64,000 nt of DNA from the NCBI GenBank assembly GCA_021792335.1, contig JAJYUW010000001.1, positions 16,306-80,305 of the forward strand, in the 5' to 3' direction. The position numbers and the translations under genes are program-made. Source of the DNA: Pseudomonadota bacterium (lineage in GTDB: Bacteria > Pseudomonadota > Gammaproteobacteria > Burkholderiales > Sulfuricellaceae). Numbering within the stretch: the first letter of the stretch is position 1; every line of letters begins with the position of its first letter. Of the stretch, positions 46,237 through 55,601 are shown piece after piece. The notes under the pieces are model-generated. The model was not told where the DNA came from. It searched no databases and saw nothing but the letters and a program-made list of their open reading frames with translations.

Positions 46237-46401
46237 GCAAGGGAAATCGTCAGGAACCACCGCTGGTGGCATCTGTATCGCTCGCCAAAACATCTGGATT
46301 AAAAAACGGTAGATTAGAGAATTGATGTCTCTAAATAGTAGAGTTACAATAAAACATTGTTCTAGTTTAATGGCCGATGGTGTCGGCCAGTATTCAAATC
46401 A

Positions 46402-47985
46402 ATGGCCACTCCTAACGAAAAGCTGGCGGCTTCTTTCAACGTCCTGAAGAACATTCAGGATCGCGGTATCTTCGCCATTGAAGTGGCGGCCCATCCCGAA
46501 CTGACTCGGACGCATCGCGAACGGCTGGTCAGAGCCGGTTTCTTGCGGCAGGTCATTGGAGGTTGGTACCTCTCAAGTAATCCGACCGAGGAAGCCGGTG
46601 ATTCCACGACGTGGTACGCCCACATGGAGTCCTTTGTTGCGGCCTACGCCAATGCCAGATTCGGGGCGCAATGGCAGGTTACGCCAGAGTTGTCGCTGCT
46701 CAAGCATAGCGGGGACACCGGGGTAAGCAAACAGATTCAACTCCATGCACCGCAAGCCAACAATCAGGTCGTCAATCTACCGCATGGCTGTTCCGTTTTC
46801 CTCTATCGTGTGCGCGCGGATGCTCTGTCGCACTCAACCAATGAGACTGAAAATGGACTGCGTTTGCTGCCGCTCGAAGAAGCCCTGATCAAGGCTGGGC
46901 CAGGTTTTTGCACTCGGTACCCTCTGGCGGCGCAGATCGTTTTTCGGCGTCTGGATGTCACCGTGCTCACGCGCTTGTTGCTCGAAGGTGGAAACAGTGT
47001 CGTGGCCGGTCGCCTGGCGGGTGGCCTGATGGCTGTCGGCAGGGCGGATGATGCTCAACAACTGGTGGCTGCAATGCGGGCAGCGGACTACAAGGTTTTC
47101 CCGAAGAATCCATTTGACGAGCAACCGGTCGAGATCGAGGAAAACCGCAACGAATCCCCCTACGTGCAGCGTATCCGGGCTATGTGGATGAGCATGCGCA
47201 AAACGGTCATCGCCCGATTCGATGCGGTGCCGCGCCACGAATTTGCCGATGTCCAGCGACTCATTCAGGACATCGAAGCACGGTATGCGGCGGATGCCTA
47301 TCACTCCCTCTCGATTGAAGGCTACCGCGTCACCGATGCACTCATTCAACGGGTCAAGGAGGGTGACTGGAATCCTTTGGCAAACACTCAGGACCAGACT
47401 GCCCGGGATGCGATGGCGGCCAAAGGGTATTTCGAGGCCCACAAACGTGTGATCCAACTGATTCGGGAGGCGCTGACGAGAGGTCTGCATCCCGGAGAGT
47501 CTCTGAAGAAAAACTTTGCTCAGTGGCATCTGGCGCTGTTTTCGGCTAGCGTTACGGCCGGTATTCTCAAACCCGCCGATCTTGCCGGCTATCGTAACAG
47601 CCAAGTATTCATCCGCAATGCCTTGCATGTTCCGCTGGCCCCGGCGGCGGTGCGCGACTGCATGCCTGTGTTGCTCGAATTGATCTCCAGCGAGGAGCAC
47701 GCCGGTGTTCGTGCTGTACTGGGGCATTTCTTCTTCGTCTTCATCCATCCCTACACGGACGGCAACGGCCGTCTGGGCAGATTTCTAATGAATTATCTGT
47801 TGGTGACGGGGGGCTATGTCTGGACCATCGTCACCGTAGAGAGCCGAAGCGAATATCTGGCCGCGCTGGAGCAGGCCAGCACTTATGGCAACATCGAACC
47901 GTTTGCCGACCTCATAGTTCGTTTGGCCGTCGAGCAGACGGTGAGACCCGTTGAGCGAAGGAATCAGCGCGAAGCCAATGACTGA
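46402..47985 (+). CDS. Fic-domain protein with long N-terminal region
   Basis: 'HPYTDGNGRLGR', 'YHSLSIEG'. Confidence 0.92.
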   Translation: MATPNEKLAASFNVLKNIQDRGIFAIEVAAHPELTRTHRERLVRAGFLRQVIGGWYLSSNPTEEAGDSTTWYAHMESFVAAYANARFGAQWQVTPELSLLKHSGDTGVSKQIQLHAPQANNQVVNLPHGCSVFLYRVRADALSHSTNETENGLRLLPLEEALIKAGPGFCTRYPLAAQIVFRRLDVTVLTRLLLEGGNSVVAGRLAGGLMAVGRADDAQQLVAAMRAADYKVFPKNPFDEQPVEIEENRNESPYVQRIRAMWMSMRKTVIARFDAVPRHEFADVQRLIQDIEARYAADAYHSLSIEGYRVTDALIQRVKEGDWNPLANTQDQTARDAMAAKGYFEAHKRVIQLIREALTRGLHPGESLKKNFAQWHLALFSASVTAGILKPADLAGYRNSQVFIRNALHVPLAPAAVRDCMPVLLELISSEEHAGVRAVLGHFFFVFIHPYTDGNGRLGRFLMNYLLVTGGYVWTIVTVESRSEYLAALEQASTYGNIEPFADLIVRLAVEQTVRPVERRNQREAND

Positions 47986-48427
47986 ACTGGATGCATGGGC
48001 AGCGCTGCAAAAAGAGAATGCGCGCCTGCTTGCTCTTCTGGAGGCCAATGGCATCAAATGGCGCCTGGTGCCAGAAGCAGAGGTGGATCAGCCGTCCCCG
48101 CTGGGGCTGGAGTCCTCGCGGCTCAGCGCCGATGACAAAATTGCCCTGTTTCGGCGCGTGTTGCTTGCCACCGGTCGGCTTGTCGGCGAAGGTTTCGACC
48201 ATCCGCCGCTCGATACGCTGATGCTGGCGATGCCGATTTCGTGGAAAGGCACCTTGCAGCAATACGCTGGACGCCTGCATCGAGAGCACGCCAGCAAAAC
48301 GGACGTGCTGATCTATGACTACGTTGATACCGGCAACCTGGCGCTCGAACGCATGTGGGACAAGAGGCAGCGCGGCTATCGTGCCATGGGATATCAGATC
48401 GACACCACTAAGGGAAAACTTTGCTAA
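47978..48427 (+). pseudogene. In-frame internally deleted SF2 helicase (TOTE-like primase-helicase type)
   Basis: N-terminal coiled coil 'ENARLLALLE...KIALFRR' joined directly to helicase motifs V-VI 'GEGFDHPPLDTL...QQYAGRLHR'; no Walker A/B. Confidence 0.75.
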
Positions 48428-48442
48428 AGAGGGTTTGCATTC

Positions 48443-50935
48443 ATGAACAACAAATCGCCAAAGTCACGTGGCACCAAGACAACCAAGCCACCAAAGGAAC
48501 AAAAACTATCCCGTACTCACGCTCCGGCGGAAATTTCTCCGGTTGAATGGCAGCGCATATTGCGCCGTCAATTCGGTCGTGAGCAGGCGTTCGGGCTGGA
48601 AAATATCGGCACGGAACCGTTCTTTTCCGAGTTTCGCGTCAGCAACCCGCAGACGAAGAGTGCTTATCGCGTGGCGATACGCGGCAAACTGCCGGGCGAC
48701 AACTATTGCGCCTGCCCGGATTACGCCACCAACGAACTGGGCACCTGCAAACACATCGAATTCGTTCTCGCGCAGTTGGAAAAGAAACGCGGCGCCAAGG
48801 CGGCCTTCGCGCGTGGCTACCATCCGCCGTTCTCCGAACTGTACCTGCGCAACGACGGTGGACGCGCGATCCATTTCCGCGCCGGGACGGATTGTCCGCC
48901 CGCCGTATCGAAGGCGGCCCGGCTGCTGTTCGACGCTTCGCGCGGCTGGATATTGCCGCCGGAAAAGTTCGACGGGCTGGAGCGCTTCGCCGCCGCCGTG
49001 GCCAAGAGTGGCCATGAATTGCGTGCCTACGACGATGCGCTCGATTTTCTTGCCGGGCGACGTGATGCGGAACGCCGGTCGCTTGCACTCGATGGCTTGT
49101 TCCCGCGAGGGGTGGCCGATCCGTCGCTGAAGAAACTGCTCAAAGTGCCGCTCTATCCGTACCAGTTGGAAGGCGCCTTGTTCGCCGTGCGCGCGGGCAG
49201 GGCGCTTATCGGCGACGAAATGGGCCTGGGCAAAACCATTCAGGGCATTGCCGCCGCCGAGATTTTGGCTCGGCATTTCGGTGTTTCAAAAGTGCTGGTG
49301 ATCTGTCCGACTTCGCTCAAATACCAGTGGCAAAGCGAAATCGCACGCTTTTCCGGGCGCGATTCGCGCGCGATCGCTGGCGGACGTGCGAAGCGGCAGA
49401 AAGAGTATGCGCTGGACGACTTCTGCAAGATCACCAACTACGAGAAGCTCCAGCCCGACCTTGATTTGATCGCCGCTTGGGCGCCGGAACTGGTGATCGT
49501 CGATGAGGCGCAGCGGGTGAAGAACTGGAACACCATCGCCGCCCGCGCCCTGAAGCGTATCGACAGCCCCTACTCCGTGGTGCTCACCGGCACGCCGTTG
49601 GAAAACAAGCTGGAGGAGTTGATCTCCATCGTCCAGTTTGTCGATCAACATCGTCTGGGGCCCACCTGGAAGTTGCTGCACGAGCATCAGGTCAAGGACG
49701 AGAGCGGTCGGGTCACCGGCTACACCGGGCTGGAAAAGATCGGCCAGACACTGGCGCCGGTCATGATCCGCCGCCGTAAATCCGAAGTTCTCATGCAGTT
49801 GCCGGAACGCACTGACCAGAATCTGCTGGTGCCGATGACTGAATTGCAGATGACTTACCACCAGGAAAACGCGGAGATCGTGACCAAGATCGTCCAACGC
49901 TGGCGGAAGATGAAATTCCTTTCGGACAAGGACCAGCGACGACTGACCTGCGCCTTGCAGAACATGCGCATGGCCTGCAACAGCACCTATCTGCTCGATC
50001 AGGAGAGCGATCACGGCGTCAAGGCGGACGAACTGGCGGCGCTATTTGACGAGCTGTTCGAGCAAGCGGACGCCAAAGCCGTGGTGTTCAGCCAATGGAC
50101 GCGGACACACGATATCGTGATCCGGCGTCTGGAGGCGCGCGGGATCGGCTACATCAGTTTCCACGGCGGCGTACCCTCGGAAAAAAGACCGGCGCTGGTG
50201 GATCGTTTTCGCAACGATCCCGATTGCCGGGTGTTCCTTTCCACGGATGCCGGCGCGACGGGCTTGAATTTGCAACACGCCTCGACCTTGGTGAACATGG
50301 ATCTGCCCTGGAACCCGGCGCTGCTCGAACAACGCATCGCCCGCATCCATCGCATGGGCCAGAAACGGCCGGTACGGATCGTCAATTTCGTCGCCAAGGG
50401 TACGATAGAGGAGGGCATGCTCTCGGTGCTGGCCTTCAAGCGCTCGTTGTCGGCGGGAATTCTCGACGGCGGCACGGGGGAAATATCGCTGGGTGGTTCG
50501 CGTCTCAACCGCTTCATGAAGGACGTCGAGAACGTCACCGGCCGCATGGGTGAAGGTGAGGCCATGACACCTGCCGAAGAAGCGGCAGGCGTGACGACCG
50601 TGACCGAAGCCACATCCGTGCCGGAAGAGAATACGGAAGCAAAAGTCGGCGTTGGCGAGATGGCGATCCCAGAGCATGAGGGGCGAGATGTGTCGGAACA
50701 GACCCCGCGCAACGAAGCTGATCCTTGGCAAGCATTGGTGCTGGTTGGCGCTCAGTTGGTTTCTGCCCTCGGAGCGGCCAGCAATCCCGCTGCTCCGGCG
50801 CACCCATGGATCGAGCGAGACCCCGGCACCGGAGTGCAAAGCCTCAAAGTGCCATTGCCGCCACCGGAAACGGCGGGACGAATTGCCGATGTGCTTTCAA
50901 TGTTGGCGAACACCTTGCGGGGGCAGCGCCCATGA
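48443..50935 (+). CDS. SWIM zinc finger + SNF2-family helicase
   Basis: 'CACPD......CKH', 'DEMGLGKT', 'DEAQ', 'TGTPLEN', 'QRIARIHRMGQ'. Confidence 0.93.
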   Translation: MNNKSPKSRGTKTTKPPKEQKLSRTHAPAEISPVEWQRILRRQFGREQAFGLENIGTEPFFSEFRVSNPQTKSAYRVAIRGKLPGDNYCACPDYATNELGTCKHIEFVLAQLEKKRGAKAAFARGYHPPFSELYLRNDGGRAIHFRAGTDCPPAVSKAARLLFDASRGWILPPEKFDGLERFAAAVAKSGHELRAYDDALDFLAGRRDAERRSLALDGLFPRGVADPSLKKLLKVPLYPYQLEGALFAVRAGRALIGDEMGLGKTIQGIAAAEILARHFGVSKVLVICPTSLKYQWQSEIARFSGRDSRAIAGGRAKRQKEYALDDFCKITNYEKLQPDLDLIAAWAPELVIVDEAQRVKNWNTIAARALKRIDSPYSVVLTGTPLENKLEELISIVQFVDQHRLGPTWKLLHEHQVKDESGRVTGYTGLEKIGQTLAPVMIRRRKSEVLMQLPERTDQNLLVPMTELQMTYHQENAEIVTKIVQRWRKMKFLSDKDQRRLTCALQNMRMACNSTYLLDQESDHGVKADELAALFDELFEQADAKAVVFSQWTRTHDIVIRRLEARGIGYISFHGGVPSEKRPALVDRFRNDPDCRVFLSTDAGATGLNLQHASTLVNMDLPWNPALLEQRIARIHRMGQKRPVRIVNFVAKGTIEEGMLSVLAFKRSLSAGILDGGTGEISLGGSRLNRFMKDVENVTGRMGEGEAMTPAEEAAGVTTVTEATSVPEENTEAKVGVGEMAIPEHEGRDVSEQTPRNEADPWQALVLVGAQLVSALGAASNPAAPAHPWIERDPGTGVQSLKVPLPPPETAGRIADVLSMLANTLRGQRP

Positions 50936-51057
50936 CTGCTGATGGGACGGATCAACGCTCGCTGATTATTTGCGGTCATAGCGATCTTGTTACGCTGGAT
51001 GGCAACAGTGCATTAATTAGATGATGCACTGTTAAGCTGTTTCAGCTTATACTCACC

Positions 51058-51244
51058 ACGTTTTGGGTGCCTTGCCCCATTTTCCCGGGGCAGGTGAAAC
51101 GGGAAGCCGGTGACGCTGGACAACCAGCCATTCCGGCGCAGCCCCCGCTGCTGTAAGCCTGACGACTCCGCATCCGCCACTGTGCATCGCATGGGAAGGC
51201 GCGGAGAAGACCGACGGCAAGCCAGAAGACCGGCCCGAACATTC
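51058..51244 (+). ncRNA. Cobalamin riboswitch 1
   Basis: GGTGAAACGGGAAGCCGGTG...TTCCGGCGCAGCCCCCGCTGCTGTAA...GCCACTG...GGGAAGGC...B12 box AGCCAGAAGACC. Confidence 0.92.
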
Positions 51245-51355
51245 AGGCGTTGAACCCCGGGGTGAGGGCGAGGCTGGCGCGCCGTTCCGCGGTTCCGCCG
51301 GAAATCCTTGAGCTTCATGGGTCCAACGATGTGTACCCTTGCCAAGGAGTTCAAC

Positions 51356-52039
51356 ATGCATATCGAACCGGGCGTCGTCGACGGCGCAAAAATCATCCTC
51401 AGTCATGGCACGGCCGCGCTCGCGGCAGGCGTCGCGGTCAAAGCGGCCGCCGACGCGATTCGCGAGAACGGCGTCGGTGCCCTGCTGTTGCGCAGCACAC
51501 TGGCAACCTTGCTGGTCTTCTGTTTCTTCGAGGTGTTCTGGCACTACCCGGTTGGCGTCTCGGAGGTGCACCTGATCCTGGGCACCACGCTATACCTGCT
51601 CTTCGGCCTGGCGCCGGCCGCCATCGGCCTGGCAGTCGGCCTGCTGGCCCAAGGCTTGTTTTTCGTGCCCGCCGACCTGCCGCAATACGGAATGAACCTC
51701 ACCACCTTGCTGGCGCCACTGTTCGTCATGCATATGCTGGCGAAGAAGATCGTTCCGGCGCATACCGCCTACGTCGATCTCACCTATGGCCAGACCCTCA
51801 AACTTTCGGCGGCCTATCAGGGCGGCATCGTCGCCTGGGTGGCGTTCTGGGCGATCTATGGGCAGGGATTCGGCGCCGGAAATCTCGCCAAAATTGCTTC
51901 GTTCGGAATTGCTTACCTGGGGGTAATCCTCGTCGAGCCCCTGATCGACCTGGCCGTGCTGGCCGCCGCGAAGTCGCTGCATGCGCTCAGGCATTCCGCT
52001 CTCGTCGAGAAGCGGCTGTACGAGACACATGCGGCCTGA
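51356..52039 (+). CDS. cbiM: CbiM-family cobalt transporter substrate component (stand-alone)
   Basis: N-terminal 'MHIEPG', 'SEVHLILG', multi-TM; AAGGAG RBS. Confidence 0.85.
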   Translation: MHIEPGVVDGAKIILSHGTAALAAGVAVKAAADAIRENGVGALLLRSTLATLLVFCFFEVFWHYPVGVSEVHLILGTTLYLLFGLAPAAIGLAVGLLAQGLFFVPADLPQYGMNLTTLLAPLFVMHMLAKKIVPAHTAYVDLTYGQTLKLSAAYQGGIVAWVAFWAIYGQGFGAGNLAKIASFGIAYLGVILVEPLIDLAVLAAAKSLHALRHSALVEKRLYETHAA

Positions 52040-52862
52040 GTCCAAGACCGGGGCCGGCCCGGGCGTGACGACGCCGGGCCGTGTCTGGTTCGTCGGGGCC
52101 GGGCCGGGCGATCCCGACCTGATCACCGTCAAGGGGCGCAATCTGCTCGAAGCCGCCGGCGCCATCCTCTACGCCGGCTCGCTGGTCGACCGGGCAGCGA
52201 CCATGTTTGCACCGGCGGGCTGCGAAATTCGCGACTCTAAGGACATGACATTGGAGGAAATGACCGACTGGCTGATCGAACGGGCCGGCCGACACGCGAC
52301 GGTGGTGCGCCTGCAAACCGGTGACCCCAGTCTCTACGGCGCGCTGATCGAGATGACCCGGCCGCTCACCGCCGCCGGCATCGCATGGGCCGTCGTGCCG
52401 GGCGTATCGTCGGCGATGGCGGCGATGGCCGCCGCCGGCGAGACGTTGACGCTGCCGGAAGTGACGCAAACCGTCATCTTCACCCGCGTTGCCGGCCGCA
52501 CGCCGATGCCGCCCGGCGAAGACCTTGCAGCACTGGCCGCGCACAAGACGACGCTGTGCATATTCTTATCGATCACGCTGCTGCACAAGGTGCAGGATGC
52601 GCTGCGCGCCTCCGGCTGGGCCGAGGACGCGCCGATCCTGGTGGTGCAAAAGGCCAGCTGGCCCAGCGAGGAAAAGATCGTGTGCGGCACGCTGGCCGAC
52701 ATCAAGCGGAAATGCCAGGCCGAGAAAATCGCCAGCCAGGCGATGATCGTCGCGAGTCCCGCACTGGGCGCCGCCGACTGGCCCGACCTGATCCGTTCCA
52801 AGCTCTACGACCCTGCCTTTTCGCATCGCTTCCGCAAGGCAACGGAGACTATTCATGACTGA
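52029..52862 (+). CDS. cbiF: Cobalt-precorrin-4 C11-methyltransferase
   Basis: 'FVGAGPGDPDLITVKG', 'YAGSLV', 'GDPSLYGA', 'SKLYDPAFSH.FR'. Confidence 0.92.
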   Translation: MRPESKTGAGPGVTTPGRVWFVGAGPGDPDLITVKGRNLLEAAGAILYAGSLVDRAATMFAPAGCEIRDSKDMTLEEMTDWLIERAGRHATVVRLQTGDPSLYGALIEMTRPLTAAGIAWAVVPGVSSAMAAMAAAGETLTLPEVTQTVIFTRVAGRTPMPPGEDLAALAAHKTTLCIFLSITLLHKVQDALRASGWAEDAPILVVQKASWPSEEKIVCGTLADIKRKCQAEKIASQAMIVASPALGAADWPDLIRSKLYDPAFSHRFRKATETIHD

Positions 52863-53754
52863 CGACGCCACCATCCTTCTCGTCGGCCACGGTTCGCGCA
52901 ACCGCGACGGCAACAACGAGACCTTGTCCTTCGCCGCCCAGTGGCGCGAGCGTCATCCCGAACGGCGCATCGAGGTCTGCTTCATCGAGCACGCCGAGGT
53001 GCTGCTGGACGACGGGCTCGACCGCGCCGCCAAGGGCGCCCGGCGCGTGCTGGTAATCCCTTTCATCCTGAACGCCGCCGGCCACGTCAAGATGGAGTTG
53101 CCGGCCGCGCTGAACCGGGCGCGCGAGCGCCATCCCGGGGTCGACTTTGGCGTCACCCGCCACCTCGGCATGGGCCACGAGATCTTCGCCGTATTACAGT
53201 GCCAACTCGACCGGCTGATGAAGCAATTGGCCATGCCCGATCCGCAAACCACCGGCGTCATCCTGCTCGGGCGCGGCTCGTCCGATGCCGGCGCCAATGG
53301 CGAACTGGCCAAGATGGCGCGCTGGATCTTCGAGGCCAACGAACACGAGCTGGTCGATCTTGCCTTCACCGGCGTGACCTGGCCGCGCCTGGAAACCGTT
53401 GTCCAACGCCAGGTCAGGCTGGGCATGATGCAGGTTTGCATCGTGCCGGTGTATCTCTTCACCGGCGTGCTGATTGAACGCATCAAGGCTCAGGTCGACC
53501 GCCTGCGGCAGCAGTACCCGCAGGTCGCCTTCGCGCTCGGGACGCATTTCGGTTTCGATAAGGGTATCTTCGATCTGCTGGACGCCAAGGTGGACGGCGA
53601 CGAACTGCCCGAAGGGCGCATGCTCGAATGCGACGGCTGCAAATACCGCGCGGACGCGGAAGACGAGCACTTGCACGACCACGGCCATACCGCCACCGGC
53701 GCCTGCGGCCATGGGCACGGCCATGACCATTCCCATGACCATCGTCACGGTTAA
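52855..53754 (+). CDS. cbiX: Sirohydrochlorin cobaltochelatase (long CbiX) with CxxC and His-rich tail
   Basis: 'VGHGSR', 'AAGHVK', 'GRGSSD..AN', 'CDGCKY', poly-His C-terminus. Confidence 0.9.
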   Translation: MTDDATILLVGHGSRNRDGNNETLSFAAQWRERHPERRIEVCFIEHAEVLLDDGLDRAAKGARRVLVIPFILNAAGHVKMELPAALNRARERHPGVDFGVTRHLGMGHEIFAVLQCQLDRLMKQLAMPDPQTTGVILLGRGSSDAGANGELAKMARWIFEANEHELVDLAFTGVTWPRLETVVQRQVRLGMMQVCIVPVYLFTGVLIERIKAQVDRLRQQYPQVAFALGTHFGFDKGIFDLLDAKVDGDELPEGRMLECDGCKYRADAEDEHLHDHGHTATGACGHGHGHDHSHDHRHG

Positions 53755-53769
53755 ATCCCCGGAGATGCC

Positions 53770-54447
53770 ATGAACATCAATACCGTTACCGAACAGTTGA
53801 CCGCCGCCGGCCGTGCCATCGAACACGATTCCTTCGCCATCATCGACACCGAAGCCGGCCCGCACGGCTACACCGACGCGCAGTGGCCGCTGGTGCGCCG
53901 CATGATCCACGCCAACGCCGACTTCGAGTTCAACGGCCTGACCGCGTTCCACCCAGAGGTGATGCGTGCCGGCCTCGCGGCGGTGCTCAAGGGCAATACG
54001 CCCATCGTCGCCGATGTCGAGATGATCTGCGTCGGCCTTTCCGCGCCACGCCTGAAGCATTTCGGCCTGACGACACACCACTACATTTCCGATGCGGATG
54101 TCATCGCGCAGGCCAAGGCGGAAAACAGCACGCGCGCCGTGCAGGCGATGCGCAAAGCGCGCAGGCTGGGCAAGCTCGACGGCGCCATCGTCGGCATCGG
54201 CAACGCGCCGACCGCGCTGATCGAACTGGTGCGCCTGATCCGTGAAGAAGGTGTGCGTCCGGCGCTGGTCGTCGGCATGCCGGTCGGCTTCGTTGCGGCG
54301 GCCGAATCTAAAGAGCTGCTGATGAGCATGGACGACGTGCCGTGGATCGCCATCAAGGGACGCAAGGGCGGATCGACGCTGGTGGTTGCCGCCATCCATG
54401 CCTTGCTGTCCCTGGCCGAAGCAGAACAGAAGAAGCGGGTGGCATGA
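53770..54447 (+). CDS. cbiC: Precorrin-8X methylmutase
   Basis: 'IGNAPTAL', 'GMPVGFV.AAESK', 'GRKGGS'. Confidence 0.93.
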   Translation: MNINTVTEQLTAAGRAIEHDSFAIIDTEAGPHGYTDAQWPLVRRMIHANADFEFNGLTAFHPEVMRAGLAAVLKGNTPIVADVEMICVGLSAPRLKHFGLTTHHYISDADVIAQAKAENSTRAVQAMRKARRLGKLDGAIVGIGNAPTALIELVRLIREEGVRPALVVGMPVGFVAAAESKELLMSMDDVPWIAIKGRKGGSTLVVAAIHALLSLAEAEQKKRVA

Positions 54448-55601
54448 GTGACGATGCCAAGCCGGAAAAGGTTCGCAAGGGCGACGCAAGGCGCCAGCGC
54501 GGCAACCGCACCGGTTTTACGACTGGCGCCTGCTCGGCGGCTGCGGCACGCGCCGCGACGCTCGGCCTCATGACCGGCGCAGTGCCGGCCAGCGTCGTCT
54601 GCCGGTTGCCGAACGGCAAGGACGTGAGCTTCGCCGTGATCGAGGGCCGCGTCGAGGGCGAGGGGCAGGCGCGCGTCGCCCATGCCGCCGTCGTCAAAGA
54701 CGCCGGCGACGACCCGGACGCCACGCACGGCGCCCACTTGACCGCCGACGTGCGGCAGTTGCCGCACAAAATCGGCGAGATTGCGCTGAAAGGCGGGGCC
54801 GGCGTCGGCGTCGTGACCAAAGAGGGATTGGGGCTTCCTGTCGGCGGCCCGGCGATCAACCCGGTGCCCCAACGCAATATCCGCGAAAACGTGCGTGCCG
54901 TGGCTGAAGAGATGCTCGCGAGCGATGGCCTGGAGGTGACTCTTTCCGTGCCCGGTGGCGAGGAAATGGCCAAAAAGACGCTGAACGCCCGTCTAGGCAT
55001 TCTCAGCGGCATCTCCATCCTCGGCACCACAGGTATCGTCAGGCCCTATTCGACGGCAGCCTTCCGCGCCAGCGTCGTGCAGGCCGTCGATATCGCGGCA
55101 AGACAGGGACAGACCGCCGTGGTCTTCACCACCGGCGGTCGCACCGAAAAGTTCGCCATGCGGCAACTGCCCGAACTGGACGGATCCTGTTTCGTGCAGA
55201 TGGGCGATTTCGTCAAGGCCGCCTTCACCACCGCCGTCAAGCGCAAGCTGTCCCATGTCCATGTCGGCGCCATGGTCGGCAAGCTGACCAAGATGTGCCA
55301 GGGCCTCGCCGTCACCCATGCCTGGAAGGCCGAAGTCGACCGCGACATCCTGGCCGAGGCCGCGCGCGAAGTCGGCGCGCCGCCCGACCTGGTCGAGGAA
55401 ATCCGCGCCGCCGAGACTGCCCGCTTCGCCGCCGAACGGCTCGCCGGCCTGGGTCTGTCGGAATGGTTTCATCGCCAACTTGCCAAGCGGGCCATCCGCA
55501 GCCTGAAGGGCAGCTACCCCGGCCCTTACCGCCTCACCGTGCTGGTCTGCGATTTCGAAGGCCGGTTCATCTGTCGCGTGGATGAAGATGAAGCCCTGTG
55601 A
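54444..55601 (+). CDS. cbiD: Cobalt-precorrin-5B C1-methyltransferase
   Basis: 'GFTTGACSAAA', 'KDAGDDPDATHG', 'GISILGTTGIV'. Confidence 0.95.
   Translation: MSDDAKPEKVRKGDARRQRGNRTGFTTGACSAAAARAATLGLMTGAVPASVVCRLPNGKDVSFAVIEGRVEGEGQARVAHAAVVKDAGDDPDATHGAHLTADVRQLPHKIGEIALKGGAGVGVVTKEGLGLPVGGPAINPVPQRNIRENVRAVAEEMLASDGLEVTLSVPGGEEMAKKTLNARLGILSGISILGTTGIVRPYSTAAFRASVVQAVDIAARQGQTAVVFTTGGRTEKFAMRQLPELDGSCFVQMGDFVKAAFTTAVKRKLSHVHVGAMVGKLTKMCQGLAVTHAWKAEVDRDILAEAAREVGAPPDLVEEIRAAETARFAAERLAGLGLSEWFHRQLAKRAIRSLKGSYPGPYRLTVLVCDFEGRFICRVDEDEAL

Noticed and set aside
53665-53754. His-rich tail and CxxC of CbiX as a novelty
   Set aside because: Known feature of long CbiX chelatases
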